56,110 nt of DNA from Bdellovibrionales bacterium (GTDB lineage Bacteria; Bdellovibrionota; Bdellovibrionia; Bdellovibrionales; UBA1609), in contig JALZUS010000055.1 in assembly GCA_023299885.1 (NCBI GenBank), positions 1-56,110 of the forward strand, given 5' to 3'. The first letter of the stretch is position 1. Each line of letters starts with the position of its first letter. Below the pieces are notes generated by a model. The model was given only the letters and a program-made list of their open reading frames with translations, ran no database searches and was not told where the DNA came from. Made by a program: the position numbers and the translations under genes. Shown here piece after piece: positions 9,469 to 17,480 of the stretch.

Positions 9469-9599
9469 ATATCCTCATAGAAAGCGCCATAAGTGCCACA
9501 TAAAGAAACTAAATGGATTTTCTAGTATCCATAAATTTTCACAAGGCACTTCTTCTGTTTCATTAAGGCCACCTTTATAAAAAACATGGTGTGGGAAAT
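9469..9599. repeat. Direct repeat copy 2 (~131 nt): 3' end of the M24 remnant, carrying a 1-nt insertion that breaks the frame
   Basis: Aligns with 5637-5766. An extra A on the minus strand changes ...LWILEIHLV... to ...LWILENPFSFFMWHLWRFL*. Confidence 0.85.
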
Positions 9600-9929
9600 C
9601 GCCAACCCTATGGCCCTTCATATTATTGTTAAGTTTATAACCCATCTCTTCTGATATCTTTGATGCGTACTCGTAAAGGTCTATTCCACTTTTAGATTCT
9701 TGTTTCCAAACATCAGCTGTCTTTTGAAAAACCTCTTTACTAGCAGCTATAATAGCCTCAAAGCCTTTATTTTCTCCGACAACAAATGTCTCCCCGTAAT
9801 CCCCTTCATGGCCGTCAAAGACAGGGCCAATATCTATCTTCGGGCCTCAAAAAACTTTTCTTCGCTAAAAGCTTGTCCTGTAGATTGCTGCAGGCTTACC
9901 GATGGTTTGTTGATTGTTTCTTGGCTCAT
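9469..9929 (-). pseudogene. Degraded M24-family (creatinase/prolidase-fold) metallopeptidase gene
   Basis: ATG at 9929 overlaps the Sua5 stop (ATGA) and opens a 31-codon frame ending in TAG. A different frame then encodes IDIGPVFDGHEGDYGETFVVGEN...KGHRVGDFPHHVF...LWILE, which are M24-like metal-ligand motifs. It has no start codon, lacks most of the N-terminal half and has a frameshifted tail. Confidence 0.6.
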
Positions 9930-10876
9930 ATTCTAAAGTCCCATGTCGAGGCTTTTTTAAGCCTATTGTTAATAGCGTCCCAATCTTCTGAGGACTGTTT
10001 GTCTATTGGTAAAATCAACAGGTCAGTTTCTTTTTTTGAATACTCTCTAAAAGCTGCATACATTTGTCGTGCAAAAATTTGAGGGTCTAAAGAAAGCTCA
10101 ATAACTTCAGCTGTTTTTATACTTTCATCATTAACTTTAGCAATTGTATCCTCTTTATTAAAACTACGATTAACCAATGCCAATGGCTTATTAGGCTGAT
10201 AGTGATACTTTAATTGTCCTGGAGCCACGCTCCCCTCGTAGGTTTTTTTTATTGCCCCTACATCTAAACCTAAAACATCTGCAATTTGTGCTGCAGTCAC
10301 TTGCCCTGGGCGCAATATATTAAGCTCGTTGCTTTTTGTTATTTGTAAAATAGTAGACTCAATACCCACTTCACAATCTCCGCCATCAACGACTGGCACA
10401 CTGTCTTCAAACTCTTTTATTATATGCCTACTACTTGTTGGGCTTGTCTTACCAAATTTATTAGCACTAGGGGCTGCCAACGGCCCGACAGCTTTAATTA
10501 TTTCTAAAAACTTTGGATGATTAGGTATTCTTAGCGCAACAGTATCTAAGCCCGATGTAATAATATCATTTACTTTATCTGATTTAGGCAAAACTAAAGT
10601 GAGGGGCCCTGGCCAAAAAGCTTTTGAAAGTTTATGTACTATTTCTTCTGGATAATAAGAAACATAGCTTTTAAGCTCTTCTAGGCTTGAGATATGAACA
10701 ATGAGTGGGTCAAAAAATGGGCGCTCTTTTATAGAAAAAATATTTTTTAAGGCCTCTTCAGAATTTATCGAACCGGCCAACCCATAAACAGTTTCTGTTG
10801 GCAGCGCTACAACCTCATTTCTGCTCAAAAGACTGACAGCTTCTGATGTATTTATAGGTTGTTTAAAATTCTGCAT
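9926..10876 (-). CDS. tsaC: L-threonylcarbamoyladenylate synthase (Sua5/YrdC type, with the C-terminal Sua5 domain)
   Basis: PTETVYGLAG, LIVHIS and WPGPLTLVL are YrdC-fold motifs. The 316-aa length is consistent with the long Sua5 form. Confidence 0.85.
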   Translation of the reverse strand: MQNFKQPINTSEAVSLLSRNEVVALPTETVYGLAGSINSEEALKNIFSIKERPFFDPLIVHISSLEELKSYVSYYPEEIVHKLSKAFWPGPLTLVLPKSDKVNDIITSGLDTVALRIPNHPKFLEIIKAVGPLAAPSANKFGKTSPTSSRHIIKEFEDSVPVVDGGDCEVGIESTILQITKSNELNILRPGQVTAAQIADVLGLDVGAIKKTYEGSVAPGQLKYHYQPNKPLALVNRSFNKEDTIAKVNDESIKTAEVIELSLDPQIFARQMYAAFREYSKKETDLLILPIDKQSSEDWDAINNRLKKASTWDFRI

Positions 10877-10988
10877 AAAACTCTTTATCTTTAGCCTTCT
10901 TTTTAAGCAAACAAAATAAGCTTACGGACGCACCACAGCGACTAGAATAGTGTTTTTAAGCCCTTACTATGTATATAATTTACTTATT

Positions 10989-12743
10989 ATGATTGATAAA
11001 ATACCTATAATTGGAATCGCGCTTGTTATGGCCTTTATTGCCGGCAAGCTTGCTCGTTACTTTAAAATACCAAAGGTGAGTGCCTATATTTTTACAGGCC
11101 TTATTTTAGGTCCTTCTGTACTCAACTTAATTACTCATGAGTTTGCTGAAAGCTTTCATATTATTAATGAAATCGCTTTCGGGCTTATCTTGTTTAATAT
11201 TGGTGGAGAGTTCCATAAAGGCTTACTTAAAAAAGTGACAAGGCTTAATGTAAAATATGCTTTAAACCTCTGCTTTATTATTTTCTTTTCTGTAGCTGTA
11301 CTCTCTTTTGGCTTTACCTATTTTGATGCCAACTTAGATGTTACACAAAGAATAGTTCTGGCTTGTTTTCTAGGTATTATTGCTATTGCAGCAGCACCTC
11401 CAACAACTTTACTCGTTATTAAAGAGCTCGAATCAAAAGGACCTATTACTCAGTCCATCATGGTTTACTTAGCTACTGGCACAATTATAGCTATTGTCGG
11501 CGCCCATGCTTTAACATTCTTTTTTCAAGATATCGGCATGATAACTGGTGGCGGAAACGCTGGTCCATTAGTCCATGCTGCTTTATTGATTTGGTCTGTT
11601 TTAGGCTCTATTTTAGCCGGAAGCCTCTTAGGGTTTTTATTTAGCGTATGGGAGCAAAAAGAAAATAACGAAGCCGAGCTTCTTTTTGCCTCTATAGTAG
11701 TTATTTTACTAGGCTTTACAGTTTCTCATTATCTACACCTAGAGCCTTTATTGGTTAGCTTATTTATGGGTTTTGCTGTTGTAAACTGCTCACCTACAGG
11801 GAAGTCACTCCACGTAAGAATTAAAGGCATGGGCTTAAGCATATACGCACTCTTCTTTTTAATTGCAGGTGCTCATATACACTTACAAGAGCAATACAAA
11901 ACTGTTGGCCTTGTGGGCTTAGTTTATATTCTTTCTCGTAGTGTCGCTTATTTATTTGGAGCCAGGCTTGCTGCAAAACTTTCTGGAAGCCCTGCTAAAG
12001 TGGGCGGAGCCATGAGTTTAGCTGTCCTTTCACATGGTGGAGCAGCTATGGCCATTACTGCTCAATTACAAAAAAATAGTAATGATGAAATTTTTGCGAC
12101 CATCTCTACTATTATTTTATCAGCTGTATTTATTTTTGAACTTGGCGGCCCATTAGTATTAAGAACTGTTTTAGTTAAAATGGGAGAAGTGAAGGTTGGC
12201 GGCTTACTCACAGGGACAGAGACCGGCTTAGCTTTCTACGACCTTATCCATAACTTTTTGACTAATATTGGGTTTATTAAGCCAGCTGAACATCATCAAA
12301 TTAAAACTATTAAATTACTTATTAACAGAAAAGTTTTTGCAATCGAGCAGTCTGCAAAAGTAAAAGAAGTTATTAACTTTGTAGATAAACACACTATGCC
12401 CATCTACCCTGTTATAGATAAAAATAATGCTTTTGTTGGCACTATTGATATTGCCAACCTTAAAGAGGTTATGTTTGACCCTTTTAGAGCTCCACTTACA
12501 AGAGCTAAAAAGCTTATCGGAAGCACTAACTATATTTCTGAACTCTCTTCACTCCAAGAAGCTGCTGATAGCTTTAATGAATCTGGCCAACAAGTACTTC
12601 CTGTTATCGATACAAGCAATCATAAACTTGTGGGTATGCTTTCTTATACAGATGTTGTTGTATCACTTAAAGGAACTGGTTTTCATGACCCTTCAACTAA
12701 AGACACTACAGAAGAACAAACTGCTAGTAAAAAGGACTCTTAA
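10989..12743 (+). CDS. CPA2-type cation:proton antiporter with a C-terminal CBS-domain pair
   Basis: About 12 hydrophobic helices (IIGIALVMAFIAGKLARYFKIPKVSAYIFTGLILGPS is a Kef/NhaP-like opening) are followed by two CBS-like repeats (MPIYPVIDKNNAFVGTIDIANL, QVLPVIDTSNHKLVGMLSYTDV). GTG 10950 is an upstream alternative start. Confidence 0.8.
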   Translation: MIDKIPIIGIALVMAFIAGKLARYFKIPKVSAYIFTGLILGPSVLNLITHEFAESFHIINEIAFGLILFNIGGEFHKGLLKKVTRLNVKYALNLCFIIFFSVAVLSFGFTYFDANLDVTQRIVLACFLGIIAIAAAPPTTLLVIKELESKGPITQSIMVYLATGTIIAIVGAHALTFFFQDIGMITGGGNAGPLVHAALLIWSVLGSILAGSLLGFLFSVWEQKENNEAELLFASIVVILLGFTVSHYLHLEPLLVSLFMGFAVVNCSPTGKSLHVRIKGMGLSIYALFFLIAGAHIHLQEQYKTVGLVGLVYILSRSVAYLFGARLAAKLSGSPAKVGGAMSLAVLSHGGAAMAITAQLQKNSNDEIFATISTIILSAVFIFELGGPLVLRTVLVKMGEVKVGGLLTGTETGLAFYDLIHNFLTNIGFIKPAEHHQIKTIKLLINRKVFAIEQSAKVKEVINFVDKHTMPIYPVIDKNNAFVGTIDIANLKEVMFDPFRAPLTRAKKLIGSTNYISELSSLQEAADSFNESGQQVLPVIDTSNHKLVGMLSYTDVVVSLKGTGFHDPSTKDTTEEQTASKKDS

Positions 12744-12745
12744 AT

Positions 12746-14392
12746 ATGGCAAATTTTAAACCTATAGATCACCAACCAAAATTAAATACTGATCAGTTTA
12801 TTATAAAAAATGCAGAAGTTAATGAGGACTCCGTACCAATGGATGTTACTTTTGTTGGGGCTGGTCCTGCAGGACTTGCTGGTGCTATTGAGCTTTCAAG
12901 ACTTATAGCAGAAGACACTGCTAATGGTGGCACCCTTGGCGAAATAGAAATTGGTGTTTTAGAAAAAGCGGCCAATTTAGGTGGGCATAATTTATCAGGC
13001 GCTGTTATTAACCCACGCGCTCTTAAAGAATTATTTCCAGACCTAAAAGATGAAGACTTTCCTTTTAAAAACAAAGTAGAGTCTGAAAGCGTTTACTTTA
13101 TGACTGGCACTGGGAAAATCCCAATGCCCACTCCCCCACCTATGCACAACAAAGGCAATTACACAGCCTCTATTTGCGAGGTTGTAAGATGGCTTGGTAA
13201 AAAAGCTGAAGATGCTGGAGTTAATGTTTTTACAAGCTTCCCAGCAGACAGCCTCCTGACTAAAGATAACAAAGTGATTGGCGTTAGAACCACTCCTGGT
13301 GGCCTTAATAAAGATGGCACTCCTGGATCCCAACATATGCCTGCCACAGATATCACCTCTGAAATTACTATTTTAACAGAAGGTACTCGAGGCCCATTGG
13401 CGCAAGCTTATACAGACTGGCAAAACATTAGCTCTAAGTACGAACAAATTTATGCATTAGGCGTTAAAGAACTTTGGAAAGTTAAAAAAATGCCAAAAGA
13501 AGTGATTCATACATTAGGATGGCCACTACCAAAATCAGCTTTTGGTGGCAGTTGGATGTACCCTATGGGCGAAGATCATATTTCTTTTGGTTTAGTTGTT
13601 GGGCTTGATTATAAAAATCATAATACTGATGTTCATAATATGCTCCAAGAACTTAAAGAACATCCTCTTTTTAAGCAGTACCTCGAAGGTGGCGAATGTA
13701 TTGAATGGGGCGCAAAGACAATACCTGAAGGTGGCCTCAATGCTTTGCCCGACAGGCTTTATGGCGACGGCTTACTCATGGCTGGCGATTGCGCTGGTTT
13801 TGTAAATGTACCTGCACTTAAAGGAATACATTATGCTATGCAAACAGGAATGTATGCTGCCCGCACAGCTTTTAAAGCTTTAAAAGAAAAAAGCTATACA
13901 GCAGAAACTTTAAAAGACTACCAAACAACAGTCGAAAATTCTTACGTCTATAAAGACTTAAAAAAAGTACGTAACATGAGACAAGCTTTTAAATCAGGCT
14001 TTATATCTGGGGGCATTAAAGCAGGCCTTATGACAGTGACTGGTGGCGCCTTTCCTGGTGACATGAATCACTGTGAAGAAGATGCTGCCGACCCAAAAAC
14101 TATTCACAATACTGAAGTTACTTACAAAGGCATTAGCAAGGTAGATGCTGTTTATAAATCTGGAAATAAAACCAGAGATGACATCCCATCTCACTTAACT
14201 ATTGGTAAAGATATCCCTGCTGATGTCGCTAAAATGTATGTCCACATGTGCCCTGCTGGGGTTTACGAGCAAGAAGGCGACAAGCTAATAGTGAATGCTC
14301 CTAACTGTATCGATTGCAAAGCGACTGACGTTATAGGCCCACGCTGGCAGCCTCGTGAAGGTGGAGCCGGCCCTGACTATACAGGAATGTAA
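12746..14392 (+). CDS. Electron-transfer flavoprotein-ubiquinone oxidoreductase
   Basis: FAD-binding motif VTFVGAGPAGLAGAIEL, LLMAGDCAGFVN, and a C-terminal 4Fe-4S region (HMCPAGVYE...NCIDCKATD). The length is about 548 aa. Confidence 0.9.
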   Translation: MANFKPIDHQPKLNTDQFIIKNAEVNEDSVPMDVTFVGAGPAGLAGAIELSRLIAEDTANGGTLGEIEIGVLEKAANLGGHNLSGAVINPRALKELFPDLKDEDFPFKNKVESESVYFMTGTGKIPMPTPPPMHNKGNYTASICEVVRWLGKKAEDAGVNVFTSFPADSLLTKDNKVIGVRTTPGGLNKDGTPGSQHMPATDITSEITILTEGTRGPLAQAYTDWQNISSKYEQIYALGVKELWKVKKMPKEVIHTLGWPLPKSAFGGSWMYPMGEDHISFGLVVGLDYKNHNTDVHNMLQELKEHPLFKQYLEGGECIEWGAKTIPEGGLNALPDRLYGDGLLMAGDCAGFVNVPALKGIHYAMQTGMYAARTAFKALKEKSYTAETLKDYQTTVENSYVYKDLKKVRNMRQAFKSGFISGGIKAGLMTVTGGAFPGDMNHCEEDAADPKTIHNTEVTYKGISKVDAVYKSGNKTRDDIPSHLTIGKDIPADVAKMYVHMCPAGVYEQEGDKLIVNAPNCIDCKATDVIGPRWQPREGGAGPDYTGM

Positions 14393-14405
14393 AAAATACT
14401 TTAAA

Positions 14406-14439
14406 TAGGCTTAGCTTTTACACAAAAAGGCTAAGCCTA
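14406..14439 (+). terminator. Intergenic hairpin after the ETF-QO gene (possible weak terminator or processing site)
   Basis: A 10-bp stem, TAGGCTTAGC (14406-14415) with GCTAAGCCTA (14430-14439). No clear T-run follows. Confidence 0.35.
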
Positions 14440-14451
14440 TAATATCTATCT

Positions 14452-15474
14452 ATGAAGATATTGTTTTTACTATCATGTTTAATACTAAGTAATACATCTA
14501 TAGCTACCGCCTCTTCAGAATCTTATTACGCAAATATTTATGCAGACCAACTTATTAAAAAGTTTGACCAACAGCTCGCAAATGGAAAAGCTTTTAACAA
14601 TAGCTCTGAGCTTTATAAAAGAATTCAGCTGACTCGAGAGCTTATCGAACATAATGACTATGATTTAAAAAAGTATGACCCTACAAGCCTATTAAGAGTT
14701 TCAAACTTTGAAAATTACGACCGTGTACAACAACTAGTAGAGACTCAGTTGATAACAAGCACTGTCGACACTCTTATAGAAAATTCTTTAAATGTGTATC
14801 CATCTGCATCCAGAGCTGGCAATATTACTGGCAATACATTTCCTGAAAATACATGGTCTTTAACTTTTGATGATGGCCCACATAAGACAATCACAAGTAA
14901 AGTATTAAATAATTTAATAAGCTACGGGCAACAAGCTAGTTTTTTTGTCCTTGCTAAAAAAGCAATTGCGCATCCTACTGCTGTACAAAGTATTTTAGAT
15001 TACGGAATGGAGCTAGCCCTCCATAGCTACAGCCACGCCAACTTATCTAAAGCCAGTGCCGAGACCATTGACTACGAAATATTTAACTCTAAACATATTG
15101 TTGAAAATAGTTTTAATACCCCCTTGTTTTTATTTAGGCTGCCTTTTGGAGCTGGAGTCAGAAACCCTTACATAAGACAACGTATAGCTGACGCAGGCAT
15201 GGTTCATGTTTTTTGGAATGTTGATACTTTAGATTGGAAAGATAAAAACCCAGAATCTATTTTTAATCGCGTGTTATTACAAATGAATAACTCGCCAAAA
15301 AATAGCGGCATTATACTGTTTCATGATATCCACCCTCAAACTGTTATCGCCAGTAAAATGGTTATGGAATACCTTTACAGCAACAAACTAAAAGTTTGCA
15401 CTGTAGGTGAAGTTGTTAAGTATATAAACAACAGCTTTCAAGCCTGCATAAAACCTAAAAAAGACTCTATTTAA
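14452..15474 (+). CDS. Secreted polysaccharide/peptidoglycan deacetylase (NodB homology domain) with a ~130-aa N-terminal extension
   Basis: Signal peptide present. All five NodB motifs are seen: TFDDGP, HSYSH, RLPFG, DTLDW and ILFHD. Confidence 0.9.
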   Translation: MKILFLLSCLILSNTSIATASSESYYANIYADQLIKKFDQQLANGKAFNNSSELYKRIQLTRELIEHNDYDLKKYDPTSLLRVSNFENYDRVQQLVETQLITSTVDTLIENSLNVYPSASRAGNITGNTFPENTWSLTFDDGPHKTITSKVLNNLISYGQQASFFVLAKKAIAHPTAVQSILDYGMELALHSYSHANLSKASAETIDYEIFNSKHIVENSFNTPLFLFRLPFGAGVRNPYIRQRIADAGMVHVFWNVDTLDWKDKNPESIFNRVLLQMNNSPKNSGIILFHDIHPQTVIASKMVMEYLYSNKLKVCTVGEVVKYINNSFQACIKPKKDSI

Positions 15475-15476
15475 AC

Positions 15477-17393
15477 TTACTGGCCATTTAAAATTATTTC
15501 TAACTGATCAACAAAGTCAGCCTCTGAGACATTTCCTGAGGCGTCTCTAAGCTTAGCCAAGCTATCGGCTTCCATAGCCTGGTAATGCTCTAAGTACATC
15601 TCTAAGCTTTGAATAAACTCTGGGTTAGATGAAGCTTCTATCTTTTGCTTAAGGCCATCTATTCTTTCTTTATTGTTTTCTATCTCTTGCTGATGACTCG
15701 CTTTAGCTGTCTCATTCGTCTCTGGGTGATTTATACGCTCTTTTAAGTCTTTATTTACTTTATTAAGCTGCTTAATAGCTGAGTTTGATAGGCCTACAAA
15801 ATCATTCTGATTATTCAATAGCTTATAAGCCATAACATAAGTTTGCTCTTTAGAGCTAAAGAAGCCCGTATTACCAGACCAGTAATTATCCCATAGTAAT
15901 TGTTTATTTTCTGTAGCCGAGCAAACACTATTAATACTGGCATCAAAAATTTTCCATAATTGCATTTTACCGGCGTAATCAATAGCTTTTGATTCTGCAT
16001 TTCTATCAACGCCTTTCCACACATCTAAAACGACATCGGTAATGGCTCCTGGTGTTACTTTTACAATCTCCATAATAGCCGGCAAATTAACAGTTTTTCC
16101 TGCAGCATAAATTTGTGGAGTATAAGATAAAGTTAAAGCTGTAAATGTAGCAAACCACATACGGCCTACATTATTTGCTGCCCACTTGTAATTTAGCTTT
16201 GTTCCAAATTTTTTATTATACTTACCAGCCAAATAATCTGCTGATGTATTTAAAACAGGTGACGCCTCATAAATATTAAAAACCTCGTTATAGTCTTGCT
16301 GGTTTACCCTATGTACACCTAACCTATTAAGCCTTGGTGATGGGTTAGGAATAGCCATAGATAATAAACCATAAACATGATTACGTACTCCGCCCATCCT
16401 CCATTTGTCTTTTTTAGCTAGAGGCATAAAATTTGGGTTAAGCGTTCTCAAGCTAGAAAGCATCTCGTAAACCAAGGCATCATGATAAGCTAAAGCCCCT
16501 ATTACCTTGTTACGATAATCTTTTGTGAATACTTTTCCAAATTGGCTTAAAAAAAGCTGCCCCTGGTAAAAAGCAAAACCCATATAGTTCTTACTAGTTA
16601 AAGAGCTTTTGGCATTATAAGAGAGTTGGCTTTGACGAGTATCAAAACTCACTGGAGTATGTGGCGCCCCATTTGATGATATTACTGGGTAAGTCCCAAT
16701 GGTGTAAAAGCTTGGTAGCAAAAATTGAGAAGCAAAACGGATATCATACATTTTTTTAGCTAATTGCCATGTGTACTCAACCATTTCATTTGTGTCTTTA
16801 GGAGAACGCCTCGGCAGTATTAAATGAGGGTCACTAAAACCGCGAGCATTCATTTTTACCTTAAAATTAAATAAAAACTTAATAAGCTTTGAATCAGAGT
16901 TGCTTATTATACGCCTTGTTTTAATTTTAATCTTACGCTTTCCACCAGCATTAAAAAAAACAAATACCTTTTTATCTACTGACTCCAAAGCTTGCCATTC
17001 GTCGTATAAGCTTGTTGTCGTTAGCCCCGATAATTTCTTTGCATGCTCAAAAGCCAATATATGCTCTAGCTGTAAAGCATGGCCATTATTTATCTCAGCA
17101 ACAGGTGTCACATTCATATTAGTAATGACAATTTTTGACACCTGATCCTGAGTTTTTCCAGACTCAAGTTGATTGTGATAGGCCTGAGCCAGCTGCTCTG
17201 TAAAGGCTGTATCAAGTTCAGATGTACTTCTAAGAACTCGCGCTTTGACCAGCTGATTAACTACCTGAGAAGACACAGCTAAGACATTGTTTTTACTTGT
17301 TTTTATCAAGCTTAAGCTTTGCTTACACAAATTAGCATGAGCTGTTGAGGCTATTAAAGTACTAAAAATTAAAGATAAAAGTAAACGAGTCAT
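15477..17393 (-). CDS. Hypothetical secreted protein (638 aa) with a C-terminal coiled coil
   Basis: Signal peptide MTRLLLSLIFSTLIASTAHA and a long uninterrupted ORF. No catalytic motif recognised. Confidence 0.65.
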   Translation of the reverse strand: MTRLLLSLIFSTLIASTAHANLCKQSLSLIKTSKNNVLAVSSQVVNQLVKARVLRSTSELDTAFTEQLAQAYHNQLESGKTQDQVSKIVITNMNVTPVAEINNGHALQLEHILAFEHAKKLSGLTTTSLYDEWQALESVDKKVFVFFNAGGKRKIKIKTRRIISNSDSKLIKFLFNFKVKMNARGFSDPHLILPRRSPKDTNEMVEYTWQLAKKMYDIRFASQFLLPSFYTIGTYPVISSNGAPHTPVSFDTRQSQLSYNAKSSLTSKNYMGFAFYQGQLFLSQFGKVFTKDYRNKVIGALAYHDALVYEMLSSLRTLNPNFMPLAKKDKWRMGGVRNHVYGLLSMAIPNPSPRLNRLGVHRVNQQDYNEVFNIYEASPVLNTSADYLAGKYNKKFGTKLNYKWAANNVGRMWFATFTALTLSYTPQIYAAGKTVNLPAIMEIVKVTPGAITDVVLDVWKGVDRNAESKAIDYAGKMQLWKIFDASINSVCSATENKQLLWDNYWSGNTGFFSSKEQTYVMAYKLLNNQNDFVGLSNSAIKQLNKVNKDLKERINHPETNETAKASHQQEIENNKERIDGLKQKIEASSNPEFIQSLEMYLEHYQAMEADSLAKLRDASGNVSEADFVDQLEIILNGQ

Positions 17394-17480
17394 ACCCTTA
17401 TCTATCGCAATTTTTATGCCTAGGAAATCAAATCAGTAGCCTTTGAAATTAAGTTATGGACTACCTTCTGAACAAGGTTT

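Larger units (their letters stand above)
5637..9599. mobile_element. Possible decayed integrated islet bounded by the two ~130-nt direct repeats. Cargo: two secreted orphans, a trypsin-like protease and a DUF4423/TIGR02147-like protein.
   Basis: Direct repeats lie at both ends. The repeat is the 3' end of the interrupted gene, the pattern left by site-specific integration into a gene's 3' end. No integrase or transposase is present, so it is non-autonomous or a remnant. Confidence 0.35.

Noticed and set aside
9700-10082. Two overlapping plus-strand ORFs (78 and 98 aa)
   Set aside because: They are antisense to the M24 remnant and the Sua5 3' end. The minus-strand reading gives recognisable peptidase and Sua5 sequence, and the plus-strand products are low-complexity.
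12427-12759. 110-aa alternative-frame ORF inside the antiporter CBS region
   Set aside because: It is on the same strand but out of frame with a gene whose CBS motifs are clearly read in the main frame. The product is Leu/Lys-rich with no features.
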